DNA of 64,000 nucleotides, from the NCBI GenBank assembly GCA_050123235.1, contig JASFHL010000005.1, forward strand, positions 30,695 through 94,694. The letters run 5' to 3'. The position numbers and the translations under genes were made by a program. The DNA comes from Candidatus Woesebacteria bacterium (GTDB lineage: Bacteria; Patescibacteriota; Microgenomatia; UBA1400; PJMF01). Below are positions 30,626 through 39,522 of the stretch, piece after piece (positions within the stretch are counted from its first letter, which is position 1; every line of letters begins with the position of its first letter). Under the pieces are notes generated by a model. It did not search any database and was not told where the DNA came from. It saw nothing but the letters and a program-made list of their open reading frames with translations.

Positions 30626-32071
30626 ATGCCAAACTTAAATACCGCTGGGGTATCAGCGGATGTCCGTAATCGTTTATTAAATTTTCTCAATAATGCTAGT
30701 AATGCTAATAGCATTGCTGGCAGTGAACCAGTCCATGGTCCAATTCTGGATGATCCTAGCACTGGCTATGGTGATAATGTGGAAGATTATGATATTGGTC
30801 AAACAGTAGCTAGAAGGATTATTCAAAAACGCAATTCTTTAGCTGGAGATCAATTCACTACTCTAAATCAACTGAATAATATCGCTCACTTTGGCCAAGA
30901 TAAGTTCAATGACCTAGTGCATACTTTTTCGCGTTATTGGGAATTGTTTTTTGCTCTTACTCTCTATGGTCAAACCACTGGTTTTTATTGTGGGGCAGCT
31001 ACGGCACAAATGATTTTAGACTTTTTACATGGCTGGGCTGGAACACCAGCTTTAACCCAAGATGAAATCTACGATATTATTCAGAATCATAAAACTGATA
31101 ATAGTTTCTACACTGACCCTGATGGACTCAGAGGTTGTTTAAATCAAGAAAGTCCGGCAGTAAATCGTTGGATTATTTTTGCTGGCAGGGACAATGAACA
31201 AGACAAAGCCTGTCGTAAAATCGCAACTAGTATGGATCTTTATGATTCACCAGCTGCTGCTTTGATTTATGACGGTGATCATTGGGTAGCAGTGAGTGGG
31301 CTTACAGCTACAGAGCGACCTTCCATGAATAAAAAATCTTTTCTAATTTACACCATTCAAATCCATGACCCAGCCGGAGGTGGCAATGTCAGAGATATTG
31401 AGTATTACAATTGGTGTAGTAATTTCTTTACTCCTAATACTTGGGGAACTACTTGGGATGATCGCTATGTCTGTGTGGTTGATCCTAGACCCCAAGGTGG
31501 AGCGAAAATAGATTTTGTCCAACCTAATTATAAAGCTAAAGGAAGAACCATGATTACTCCCAATCAAGCTAAACAAGCGGCTCAAGAAAGTTTGGATGAT
31601 TATCATCTGACTTCTAGAGATGATTATCAAAAAGCTTTGAGAAAAGCTAAGGTAGGAACACCTGTCTTGGTTAAGAATTTACGTGAAAAGCGCAAGAGGG
31701 CCTATTATTTGATACCATTTGAACGCGGTCAAAAAACTACCGTAGTGCTCATGATTCATGCTTATTATGGCAACTATTTGGGTTCTTCTTTAGTTGATCA
31801 ACCCAAAGGCTATCTCAATGTTTCTCAAAGTCGAGCCAAAAATTTAGCTGCTGATCATATTAAAAAAACCAAAGTCACTAGAGGTAGAAGCTTGACTAAG
31901 CTTAAGGCTAAAGATATAGAGAAGGCTTACTTGGTTTGGAAGCCATCTCAACAATCTTGGGATCCCTTTCAACCTATTTGGAAATTAAAAGCTAAAGGAC
32001 GAGTGCGCTATGTTAACCAGGATAAAGAAATCAGTAGCAGGCTAAAGAGAGCTAAAAAAGGCGGTATGTAG
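30626..32071 (+). CDS. Helix-hairpin-helix + C39-like cysteine peptidase domain protein
   Basis: IGQTVARRIIQKR..F.TL.QL..IAHFGQDKF (ComEA-type HhH); Q...YCGAATAQM, HWVAVSG, IHDP catalytic pattern. Confidence 0.7.
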   Translation: MPNLNTAGVSADVRNRLLNFLNNASNANSIAGSEPVHGPILDDPSTGYGDNVEDYDIGQTVARRIIQKRNSLAGDQFTTLNQLNNIAHFGQDKFNDLVHTFSRYWELFFALTLYGQTTGFYCGAATAQMILDFLHGWAGTPALTQDEIYDIIQNHKTDNSFYTDPDGLRGCLNQESPAVNRWIIFAGRDNEQDKACRKIATSMDLYDSPAAALIYDGDHWVAVSGLTATERPSMNKKSFLIYTIQIHDPAGGGNVRDIEYYNWCSNFFTPNTWGTTWDDRYVCVVDPRPQGGAKIDFVQPNYKAKGRTMITPNQAKQAAQESLDDYHLTSRDDYQKALRKAKVGTPVLVKNLREKRKRAYYLIPFERGQKTTVVLMIHAYYGNYLGSSLVDQPKGYLNVSQSRAKNLAADHIKKTKVTRGRSLTKLKAKDIEKAYLVWKPSQQSWDPFQPIWKLKAKGRVRYVNQDKEISSRLKRAKKGGM

Positions 32072-32137
32072 AGACGCTTTTATTGCTGATCCTGACGGCT
32101 TAGTAATAGAGTTGCTGGGACTTAATGATTCTGAAAA

Positions 32138-32418
32138 TTAATTTTTCTCTATCCTGATTGCCCTTCCCAGTACAATTGCTTTAGCTATTTTTTTATAAGC
32201 TTTATCTAGAATTCTAGCAAAAGTTGGTTGAGAAATATTCATTTTTTTGGCACAGTTAATTTGATCTAAATTGTCAAGATCATGAAGTTTTAAAGCTTCT
32301 AGTTCGTCAGTCAATAAATGGATTTCTTGGAGTTCTCTTAAGGGGACACCCCTGGGTTTAAAATAATAAACATTAGGTTTACAGCTCAATCTTCTGGGAA
32401 TTTTTGGTCTTGGCATAT
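32138..32418 (-). CDS. DUF134 (UPF0251) putative DNA-binding protein
   Basis: MPRPK..R, YFKPRG, DELEALKL.D, MNISQPTFARIL..A.KKIA.A; start at MPRP. Confidence 0.9.
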
Positions 32419-32435
32419 GTACTTGTATTAACAAT

Positions 32436-32473
32436 AAAACAAGATATCAATTATAACTTGGATATCTTGTTTT
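32436..32473. terminator. 13-bp hairpin between the Cys-rich gene and DUF134
   Basis: AAAACAAGATATC-N12-GATATCTTGTTTT; T-runs follow on both strands. Confidence 0.5.
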
Positions 32474-32484
32474 TAATTGTCAAA

Positions 32485-32691
32485 TTATAAACAGTTTACC
32501 CCTCTCATAGGAGTTTGACATTTTGGACATTTTTGTTTTGAACAAGGAATTCCTCTTTGATGGCTTTCTTCATGTCCACATTTAGGACATGTGCATTTGT
32601 TTGAACCTAGAGGTCTATTTCTCATTCCTCTGCCGGTTGCAGAACCTCTTCCTTGTAGTCCAGTTCTATTTCTATTTGGCATATATTTCAC
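32485..32691 (-). CDS. Small Gly/Arg-rich protein with Cys-rich zinc ribbon (DUF5320-like N-terminus)
   Basis: MPNRNRTG..G.G..TGRG; CTCPKCG..H.RG.PC...CPKC; SD AGAGGAGG. Confidence 0.75.
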   Translation of the reverse strand: MKYMPNRNRTGLQGRGSATGRGMRNRPLGSNKCTCPKCGHEESHQRGIPCSKQKCPKCQTPMRGVNCL

Positions 32692-32709
32692 CTCCTCTAT
32701 TTAAAAAAT

Positions 32710-32756
32710 TATTATGAATATATATTCATAATAGCATTGAGATGATTTTTTGTCAA
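32710..32756 (-). promoter_or_regulatory. Sigma70 promoter overlapped by a perfect 24-bp palindromic operator
   Basis: Minus strand TTGACA(32756-32751)-N17-TATTAT; palindrome TATTATGAATATATATTCATAATA at 32710-32733. Confidence 0.7.
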
Positions 32757-32866
32757 GAAATAATTTAATGGTTAAAACTTATTAATGAAAGGTCAGATCT
32801 TTCCCTAAAATTTACAAATCATTGTATAATGTTTTTTCTTCTTTTTTTCCAGAAGAATAATTAAGT

Positions 32867-33172
32867 ATGAAAGAAACTAATCGAGGTCTAGAGTACTTGC
32901 CACCACCAGTAAGACTTAATCCTAATCTTGTATTTACCAGAGAAGTGACTGTTTTTGCTCAGGGTTTAAAAAGAGTCCAAAACTCTAAAGAACCAATTTT
33001 ATTTCAAATAGATAGAAATGGTTTAGCTTGCCTGACTGATGGTAACCATCGAGCACATTTAGCATGGCGTAAGAGAGAAGCTTTATGGGGTCAATGTATT
33101 GGGAGATTAAATTTTGATGTAACTACTAATCCAGATTATAGACCTGTAAGTCGGCTCAAAATTATTCGCTAA
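32867..33172 (+). CDS. Small protein with a ParB/Srx-like DGNHR motif
   Basis: EPILF...LTDGNHRAHLA. Confidence 0.5.
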   Translation: MKETNRGLEYLPPPVRLNPNLVFTREVTVFAQGLKRVQNSKEPILFQIDRNGLACLTDGNHRAHLAWRKREALWGQCIGRLNFDVTTNPDYRPVSRLKIIR

Positions 33173-33201
33173 TAATTTTCTACTGAGGTAAAATTAATAT
33201 T

Positions 33202-34104
33202 ATGAAACTTGGTACTACTTTTAGTCATCGCCAACTTCAGTATTTGAACTACCCAGTGATTGAAGCTCTGCATACAGCCTTTAAACTAAAATTAGACTAT
33301 TTGAGATTAGGGACGTATTGGGATGAAATCGAGACTACTGAGCATCATTATAGTTGGTCTAGTTTAGAAAAAATCCTAAAACTTTGCCAAAAAAATAAAC
33401 AAAAAGTAGTTTTAACTGTGGGACTTAAAGCTCCCAGATATCCAGAGTTTTATTTCCCAACGTGGCTTAAAAATAAAAACTTAAATGCTGCTCAAACAAA
33501 AAGTAAAATTTTGGATTTTATTAGCAAAAGCGTCAGCCAATTAAGTAAATTTAGCTGTATCAGCCATTGGCAAGTTGAAAATGAGCCTTTAGATCCATCA
33601 GGCCCAGATAAACAAACAATTCCTTTTTCACTCTTAAAAAAAGAGGTTGATTTGGTCCGCAGTCTGGATAAAAGACCAATCATTACTAATCTCTGGGGCA
33701 ATGCCCTATCAAAAAGAAATCTTTTGCCAAAATTAGAAAAAATATCAGATGTGCTAGCTATAGATCTTTATTATCAACAATTTTTTAAAAAAATATTGGG
33801 TAAATCATTTTATATTGGCCCGCTTGATAATCAAAAGAAAATGTCACAACTCTTAGTCAATTGCAAAAAAGAAGTTTGGGTGATGGAATTGCAAGCCGAA
33901 CCATGGGAAGCTAATCAGGTGGATTTTTTATCAGATAAGCCACAAAGTATTTCTCCTGAAAAAATAAAGAAATTTTATCAGCAAGCTAGCCAGTTGCCAG
34001 TAACTACAATTATGTTTTGGGGATTTGAGTATTGGTTTTATCAATTTAAAAAAGGTAATGCTCAGTACCTGGACACTATTGCTAAAATTATGAAAGCATC
34101 ATAA
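33202..34104 (+). CDS. Clan GH-A TIM-barrel glycoside hydrolase
   Basis: YWDEIE, GLKAPRYPE, WQVENEP (acid/base), MELQAEPW (nucleophile), FWGFEYW. Confidence 0.8.
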   Translation: MKLGTTFSHRQLQYLNYPVIEALHTAFKLKLDYLRLGTYWDEIETTEHHYSWSSLEKILKLCQKNKQKVVLTVGLKAPRYPEFYFPTWLKNKNLNAAQTKSKILDFISKSVSQLSKFSCISHWQVENEPLDPSGPDKQTIPFSLLKKEVDLVRSLDKRPIITNLWGNALSKRNLLPKLEKISDVLAIDLYYQQFFKKILGKSFYIGPLDNQKKMSQLLVNCKKEVWVMELQAEPWEANQVDFLSDKPQSISPEKIKKFYQQASQLPVTTIMFWGFEYWFYQFKKGNAQYLDTIAKIMKAS

Positions 34105-34134
34105 CAGCTTCTTAGTTTATGTTATCATTTCTTT

Positions 34135-34377
34135 ATGTATAAAAAAATTAATTAGCGGCTCATGCCAAAAGTAATTTGTCATACTTTTCTTTGTACAACA
34201 GTTGGAGAGCCCAAGATTGATACTAGCAAAAATCCTGCTGATGAAGTTTTTACAGAGTTGAGATGGCTGACTATTGATCAAATTCTGGATTCAGAGGATA
34301 TTGTAATTACTGATAGTCTTAGAGAATTGCTTTTGGAATTTAAAGAATCTATTAGCAAAACTAAAAAACAATTATGA
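34135..34377 (+). pseudogene. Probable remnant of a NUDIX-like gene
   Basis: Promoter-adjacent ATG 34135 stops after 6 codons; ORF 34162-34377 resembles only a NUDIX C-terminal half (FLC...E.TELRWLTIDQI) with no Nudix box. Confidence 0.4.
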
Positions 34378-35504
34378 AATTTATTCTAAAATCTTGCTTC
34401 ACTATTCTATTTTTAATTGTCTTACAGTTTTTAACTGTCAATCCTGTTGCAGCGCAGACTGAGGAAGTTTCTGAGCCTCAATATATGGAAGGTAAAGTGA
34501 CCAAAGTTGTTGAAACTGGACAAGAAACTTTAATGGATGACTTAGTTCCTTTTCAGCAATTAGAGATTAAAGTGACCAAAGGTCAAGAAAAAGGACAGAT
34601 CATTACAGTTAAAAATTCTGCTGCGACTATGGGCATGGGCAATGTTCAATATCAAACGTATGAACCAGGAGATAAAGTGAAAATTGTTTTCATCGAAGGA
34701 GCAGAGGGTAAACAATATTATCTTGATGGAGAGCTTAAAAAAGATGCATTGATCGCACTGCTAGTCTTGTTTGTGTTGGTGGTTTTAGTAGTAGGTAGAA
34801 TTTGGGGAGCTTTATCACTACTGGGTTTATTAATCTCTTTTATAGTTATTTTTAAATTAATTATTCCTCTGATTATTAAAGGTACAAATCCTGTTTTGGC
34901 GGCCATTATTGGCTCAGTGATTATTATCCCCAGCACTTTTTATATCTCACATGGTTTTAATAAAAAAACTCATATTGGTGTGGCCGCAACTTTTCTTGGA
35001 TTATTGATCACGGGTTTATTAGCAATTTATTTTGTTGATGCTAGTCACCTCACAGGTTTTGCTTCTGAAGAAGCTGGCTTTTTGCAAGTAGAAAAAGAAG
35101 GTGCGATGGATATTAAGGGTTTACTGCTGGCAGGGATTATTATTGCTACACTTGGTATTTTGGATGATGTCACCATTGGCCAGGCTTCAACAGTAAAGCA
35201 ATTGAAAAAGGCTAATAAAAAAATGTCTTTTTCAAAATTATTTATCAATGCTATGAAGGTTGGCCAAGACCATATTTCTTCTATGGTCAATACTTTGATC
35301 TTGGTATATTCAGGCTCTGCTCTACCTCTGCTTTTGTTATTTTTTGATAGTGAAAAGACTTTTTTGGATGTAATTGAATTGGAACTAATTGCTGAAGAGA
35401 TTGTCAGAATGTTAGTCGGTAGCATCGGTTTAGTCTTGGCTGCCCCCTTGGCTACAGTGATGGCCGCCTATGTTTTTGCTAAGCAGGAGTTGGGTAAAAA
35501 GTAG
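34374..35504 (+). CDS. YibE/F family membrane protein
   Basis: LAGIIIATLGILDDVT, GQDHISSMVNTLILVYSGSALP, EEIVRMLVGSIG. Confidence 0.92.
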   Translation: MKFILKSCFTILFLIVLQFLTVNPVAAQTEEVSEPQYMEGKVTKVVETGQETLMDDLVPFQQLEIKVTKGQEKGQIITVKNSAATMGMGNVQYQTYEPGDKVKIVFIEGAEGKQYYLDGELKKDALIALLVLFVLVVLVVGRIWGALSLLGLLISFIVIFKLIIPLIIKGTNPVLAAIIGSVIIIPSTFYISHGFNKKTHIGVAATFLGLLITGLLAIYFVDASHLTGFASEEAGFLQVEKEGAMDIKGLLLAGIIIATLGILDDVTIGQASTVKQLKKANKKMSFSKLFINAMKVGQDHISSMVNTLILVYSGSALPLLLLFFDSEKTFLDVIELELIAEEIVRMLVGSIGLVLAAPLATVMAAYVFAKQELGKK

Positions 35505-35561
35505 TTTTTCATGAATATTCCTCTAAAAAACTCAAAACTGCTGTTGTGCTAAAATGATTTT

Positions 35562-36062
35562 ATGTCAAATAAAAAAACCTACACCAAAATCAATGAAACA
35601 GGCTGTTGCCCTAAACCCAATGTCAAAGCTTGGGACGAATCTTCAGTTACTTGGAAGAATAAAAAGTTTATTAAAGATCATACTTTCAGTTTTTTTCATA
35701 TTCCTTTGAATATGGGCTTTGTAATGAAGAGAATGTGGAAAAAAGTTTCAAAAGCTAAGGCATCTCCACCTATTGAAGAATTCCTGTTGCTCTCTTATGA
35801 TCCTTCAGCTTGGCGAGGTGAGCATTTCATGTCTGTTACTAAACACGTCCCGAATGCTGAAAACGTGACAATTTCTGGTACTTTTTTAACTAAAGTTTTT
35901 GAAGGTCCTTATAAAGAGGCTAAAAATTGGGTAAAAGCAACTGAAGATTATGTGAAAAGTAAAGGTAAAAAACTTAAGAAATTATATTTTTTTTATACCA
36001 CCTGTCCCAAATGCGCTAAGCATTATGGTAAAAACTATGTAGTCGCTCTTGCCCAAGTTTAA
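35562..36062 (+). CDS. Conserved hypothetical protein, GyrI-like small-molecule-binding fold
   Basis: ETGCCP N-terminus, TKVFEGPYK, YTTCPKCAKHYGKNYVV. Confidence 0.6.
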   Translation: MSNKKTYTKINETGCCPKPNVKAWDESSVTWKNKKFIKDHTFSFFHIPLNMGFVMKRMWKKVSKAKASPPIEEFLLLSYDPSAWRGEHFMSVTKHVPNAENVTISGTFLTKVFEGPYKEAKNWVKATEDYVKSKGKKLKKLYFFYTTCPKCAKHYGKNYVVALAQV

Positions 36063-36091
36063 AAACAAAGAAAAAAAATTAAAAGCTTATC

Positions 36092-36778
36092 ATGCATATT
36101 TTGATAATAGATGATGAAGTTGATTTTGCTGATACTCTTAAATCTGCACTAAGGAGTGCTAATCATGTGGTTGATTCAACTTATACAGCCAGAGATGGTC
36201 TTTTTTATGCTAGTACTTATAATTATGATTTGATTATTCTTGATTTAATTCTACCTGATATGAATGGTATTGAACTTTGTAAAAAGTTAAGAAGATCTAA
36301 AATAGAATCTTTAATTCTGATGTTAACAGGAAAAGATAAAGTTTCAGACAGAGTTTTAGGTTTAGATGCAGGAGCTGATGACTATTTAGTGAAACCATTT
36401 AGTTTTGCAGAGCTAAAAGCCAGGATTAGAGCGCTTTGTAGACGCAAAGGCAGTGATTTATTGTTTTCCAATCAACTTAAGGTTGATGATTTAACTTTAG
36501 ACACTGCTAGTCAGGAAGTGACCTTTCAAGGTGAAATAGTTCAGTTACGTCGTAAAGAATATTTAATTTTGGCATTTTTGATGCGTAATGTTGGGAAAGT
36601 TGTATCTAGAGAAAGGATCTTAGAAAATGCTTGGGAGGCTGATATTGAGAGTGTGCCTAATATTGTCAATGTTCACATCAAACATTTACGTTGTAAATTG
36701 GATAAACGATTTAACACTCAGATAATCAAAACTGTCCATGGTAGCGGTTATAAAATTGACAAAAGATCTAATAGTTAG
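36092..36778 (+). CDS. OmpR/PhoB-family response regulator
   Basis: IIDDE, ILDLILP, GLDAGADDYLVKPF, IKTVHGSGY. Confidence 0.95.
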   Translation: MHILIIDDEVDFADTLKSALRSANHVVDSTYTARDGLFYASTYNYDLIILDLILPDMNGIELCKKLRRSKIESLILMLTGKDKVSDRVLGLDAGADDYLVKPFSFAELKARIRALCRRKGSDLLFSNQLKVDDLTLDTASQEVTFQGEIVQLRRKEYLILAFLMRNVGKVVSRERILENAWEADIESVPNIVNVHIKHLRCKLDKRFNTQIIKTVHGSGYKIDKRSNS

Positions 36779-36847
36779 CCAAAAAAGACAATTTTCCAAC
36801 TATCTTCTACAATTAAGATTTTCTTTCAAGCAAAGCAACGTCATTTT

Positions 36848-37933
36848 TTAACTAGTTCTTTTGGCAAGCAAATTTGTAATGGCCAGTAATTTGTCAATCG
36901 TTTTTTTATTCCAGCCAGCTTGTTCGAATTTATCTAATATTTTTTGAGCTTGATCAAGATAAGCTAGCAATTGTTTCTGACAATAAGCGAGACTGCCACT
37001 GCCAGTAATAATTGCTCGAACTTGACCTATTTCATCATTACTTAGTTTGTTTTTACCTAGTTTGCTATTTAAAAATTGTTTTTCTTTTTTCTTACAATGC
37101 TCTAAAGCATAAGCAACTAATAAAGTTTTTTTACCTTGCTCAATATCATTTTTATTTGATTTGCCAGTTTTATCCTCCTTGCCAAAAAGGCCAAGTATGT
37201 CATCAGAAATTTGGAATGCTATGCCACAAGGAAGTGCAAAGTCTGATAAAAGTCTGAGATTTGATTCTTCTGCTCCTGCTAAAATTGCTCCTAGTTGCAG
37301 TGGAGCTTCAAAAGTATATTTGGCTGTTTTTAATTCGTAGACTTTAAGTATGTCTTTACTTTGAACATTTTTTTTCAACTCTAGTCTGATATCCAGTTCT
37401 TGGCCAAATAGAGTATCAACTATAATTTGTGATAGTTTTTTTAAAACTTTGAGTTTTAATTTGGGAGAAAAACTAGTTTTAAATATTGCTTGCAGCGACA
37501 AACTGTAAGCTAAGTCACCAGCTAGTATGGCCATGCTATGGCCAAAGTGAGCAGCGCTTTTTTTATTCTTATACTGATCTAAGCACTCTTGTTCATAAAT
37601 TTTATGTAGGGTTGATTTGCCCCTCCTGAGTGTTGAGAGATCCATTACATCATCTTGCATGAGTAAAAAAGAGTGAATTAATTCCACTGATAAGCAAGCA
37701 AGATAGATATCTGAAGAATGAGATTTTGAGAACAAGTTAAAAGCAAGAAATAGTAAAGCAGGCCTTAATCTTTTACCCCCACGCAGTGAAAATTCCTCAA
37801 TTTTTCTGATCATGTCAATAGAAACTTGATTTTCTTTTTGATTTTTTTCTTTAATTTCAGCAAAAAAGTCAAGTAAAAAAGGATGAAATTGATCAGTGAA
37901 TTCTTTTAAAAAATTAAAACTGTTTTTTTTCAT
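36848..37933 (-). CDS. Polyprenyl (GGPP-type) diphosphate synthase
   Basis: GGKRLRP, QDDVMD...RRG, GQELD, KTAKY, FQISDD, DIEQGKKT. Confidence 0.92.
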   Translation of the reverse strand: MKKNSFNFLKEFTDQFHPFLLDFFAEIKEKNQKENQVSIDMIRKIEEFSLRGGKRLRPALLFLAFNLFSKSHSSDIYLACLSVELIHSFLLMQDDVMDLSTLRRGKSTLHKIYEQECLDQYKNKKSAAHFGHSMAILAGDLAYSLSLQAIFKTSFSPKLKLKVLKKLSQIIVDTLFGQELDIRLELKKNVQSKDILKVYELKTAKYTFEAPLQLGAILAGAEESNLRLLSDFALPCGIAFQISDDILGLFGKEDKTGKSNKNDIEQGKKTLLVAYALEHCKKKEKQFLNSKLGKNKLSNDEIGQVRAIITGSGSLAYCQKQLLAYLDQAQKILDKFEQAGWNKKTIDKLLAITNLLAKRTS

Positions 37934-38107
37934 TATAGATTTATTAAATATTGTATTTTAACTATACCTTGGCATAGACTTGTCGAGTCTCTATTTCATG
38001 AAAGGTAATTAAATTTCAATAACTATACTCTGTATATAGTATATAATGAAAGAATAGCTTGCCATACAAATTAAAATTGGTCTAAAATAAATTATAGAAA
38101 GGAAGAG

Positions 38108-38797
38108 ATGGATCTTCATCGAAAAAGCGCAGTTATCACTGGCGCTTCTTCAGGACTAGGGTTGGCAATTGCAAAAGAGTTACTTAAGAAAAACAGCGTT
38201 GTTCATGCTTTGGGGAGGGATAAAGAAAAACTAGAAACTGTTAGACAAGAAATTAGTTCTGCTAACCTTCATATTCATCAAGTTGACATTAGGGATTTTT
38301 CTCAAATAGAGAGAAGCATAGCTAAGATCGAAAAAGTTGATATTCTGATTAACAATGCTGGTCTATGGATAGAAGGATCATTACAAGATAATCCTTTTGT
38401 CAAGATTTCAGATGTGATTGATACTAATTTAAAAGGATTGATTTACACTACCAAAGTGGTTTTGCCTAAAATGTTAGCTCAAGATAATGGTTTTATTTTA
38501 AATATTTCTTCTACCTCTGGAATAAGAGGAAAAAAAGAACAATCAGTATATGTAGCCTCTAAATTTGGAATAACTGGTTTTACCAAATCCTTATATCTAG
38601 ATCTAGAAAAGACTAATGTTAAAGTAGCTGGTTTTTACCCTGGAGGAATGAAGACTTCCTTTTTTGAAAAAGCAGGCTCATCACGCCAGACAGATAAATT
38701 TATGGATACTGATAAAGTTGCAGAGGTTGTAATTTTTATTTTAGAAAGAGATAATACCATGGTTCTTGATGAAGTAATCTTGGACAGACGCTTGTAG
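38108..38797 (+). CDS. SDR family oxidoreductase
   Basis: TGASSGLG, NNAG, YVASK. Confidence 0.93.
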   Translation: MDLHRKSAVITGASSGLGLAIAKELLKKNSVVHALGRDKEKLETVRQEISSANLHIHQVDIRDFSQIERSIAKIEKVDILINNAGLWIEGSLQDNPFVKISDVIDTNLKGLIYTTKVVLPKMLAQDNGFILNISSTSGIRGKKEQSVYVASKFGITGFTKSLYLDLEKTNVKVAGFYPGGMKTSFFEKAGSSRQTDKFMDTDKVAEVVIFILERDNTMVLDEVILDRRL

Positions 38798-38824
38798 TTG
38801 CTAAAATAATCTATTCATTTATCC

Positions 38825-39469
38825 ATGAAATATCAATATCTATTTTTTGACTGGGATGGTTGTCTAATTAATTCTATGGGCATTTGGTTAGAGGCTTATC
38901 AAAAGCTTTTTGCAGACTATGCCTTATCACCAACAGTTGCAGAAATCAGCCAAAAAGTGTTTGGTGATTGGAATGGGCCGCTTAAAGTGGGGATTAAATC
39001 AAAGGATCTTGCTGCTTATACCAGCAAATTAGTAAAGTTGGTGAATAAAAATTTAAAAAAAGCAGAATTGTTTGTAGGAGCAGAAGATTTGCTTAAGGCT
39101 TTGCAGTTAAATGGCAGGATAGCAGCGCTTCTCACTACAGCTAAATTATCTAATTTAGATCCTATTATTAGAAAATATAATTTTAAAAAGTATTTTCAAT
39201 TAATTCTCACAGCAGAAGATGTTCATAAGCATAAACCTGATCCGGAGATGATTGACTTAGCTTTAGCTAAGCTTAAGGCTGCCAAGGATAAATCAGTGAT
39301 GATCGGTGATTCAAAAAGCGATTTAGGGGCAGCTCAAAAAGCTGGCATTGATTCTATTTTATTTTATCCTCAGCAGCACGAAAAAGTTTATAATTTAGCT
39401 GATTTGCAGCTCTATCAGCCAAAACACATTGTTAGGAGTTTAAAAGAGTTAAAGAATTTGTTATTCTAA
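38825..39469 (+). CDS. HAD-superfamily phosphatase (Gph/PpaX-like)
   Basis: FDWDGCL, KPDP, MIGDSKSD. Confidence 0.92.
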   Translation: MKYQYLFFDWDGCLINSMGIWLEAYQKLFADYALSPTVAEISQKVFGDWNGPLKVGIKSKDLAAYTSKLVKLVNKNLKKAELFVGAEDLLKALQLNGRIAALLTTAKLSNLDPIIRKYNFKKYFQLILTAEDVHKHKPDPEMIDLALAKLKAAKDKSVMIGDSKSDLGAAQKAGIDSILFYPQQHEKVYNLADLQLYQPKHIVRSLKELKNLLF

Positions 39470-39522
39470 TCTAGACTAATAACTTTATACAGTAAATTAA
39501 GATATATCTTAAAAATTTAAAT

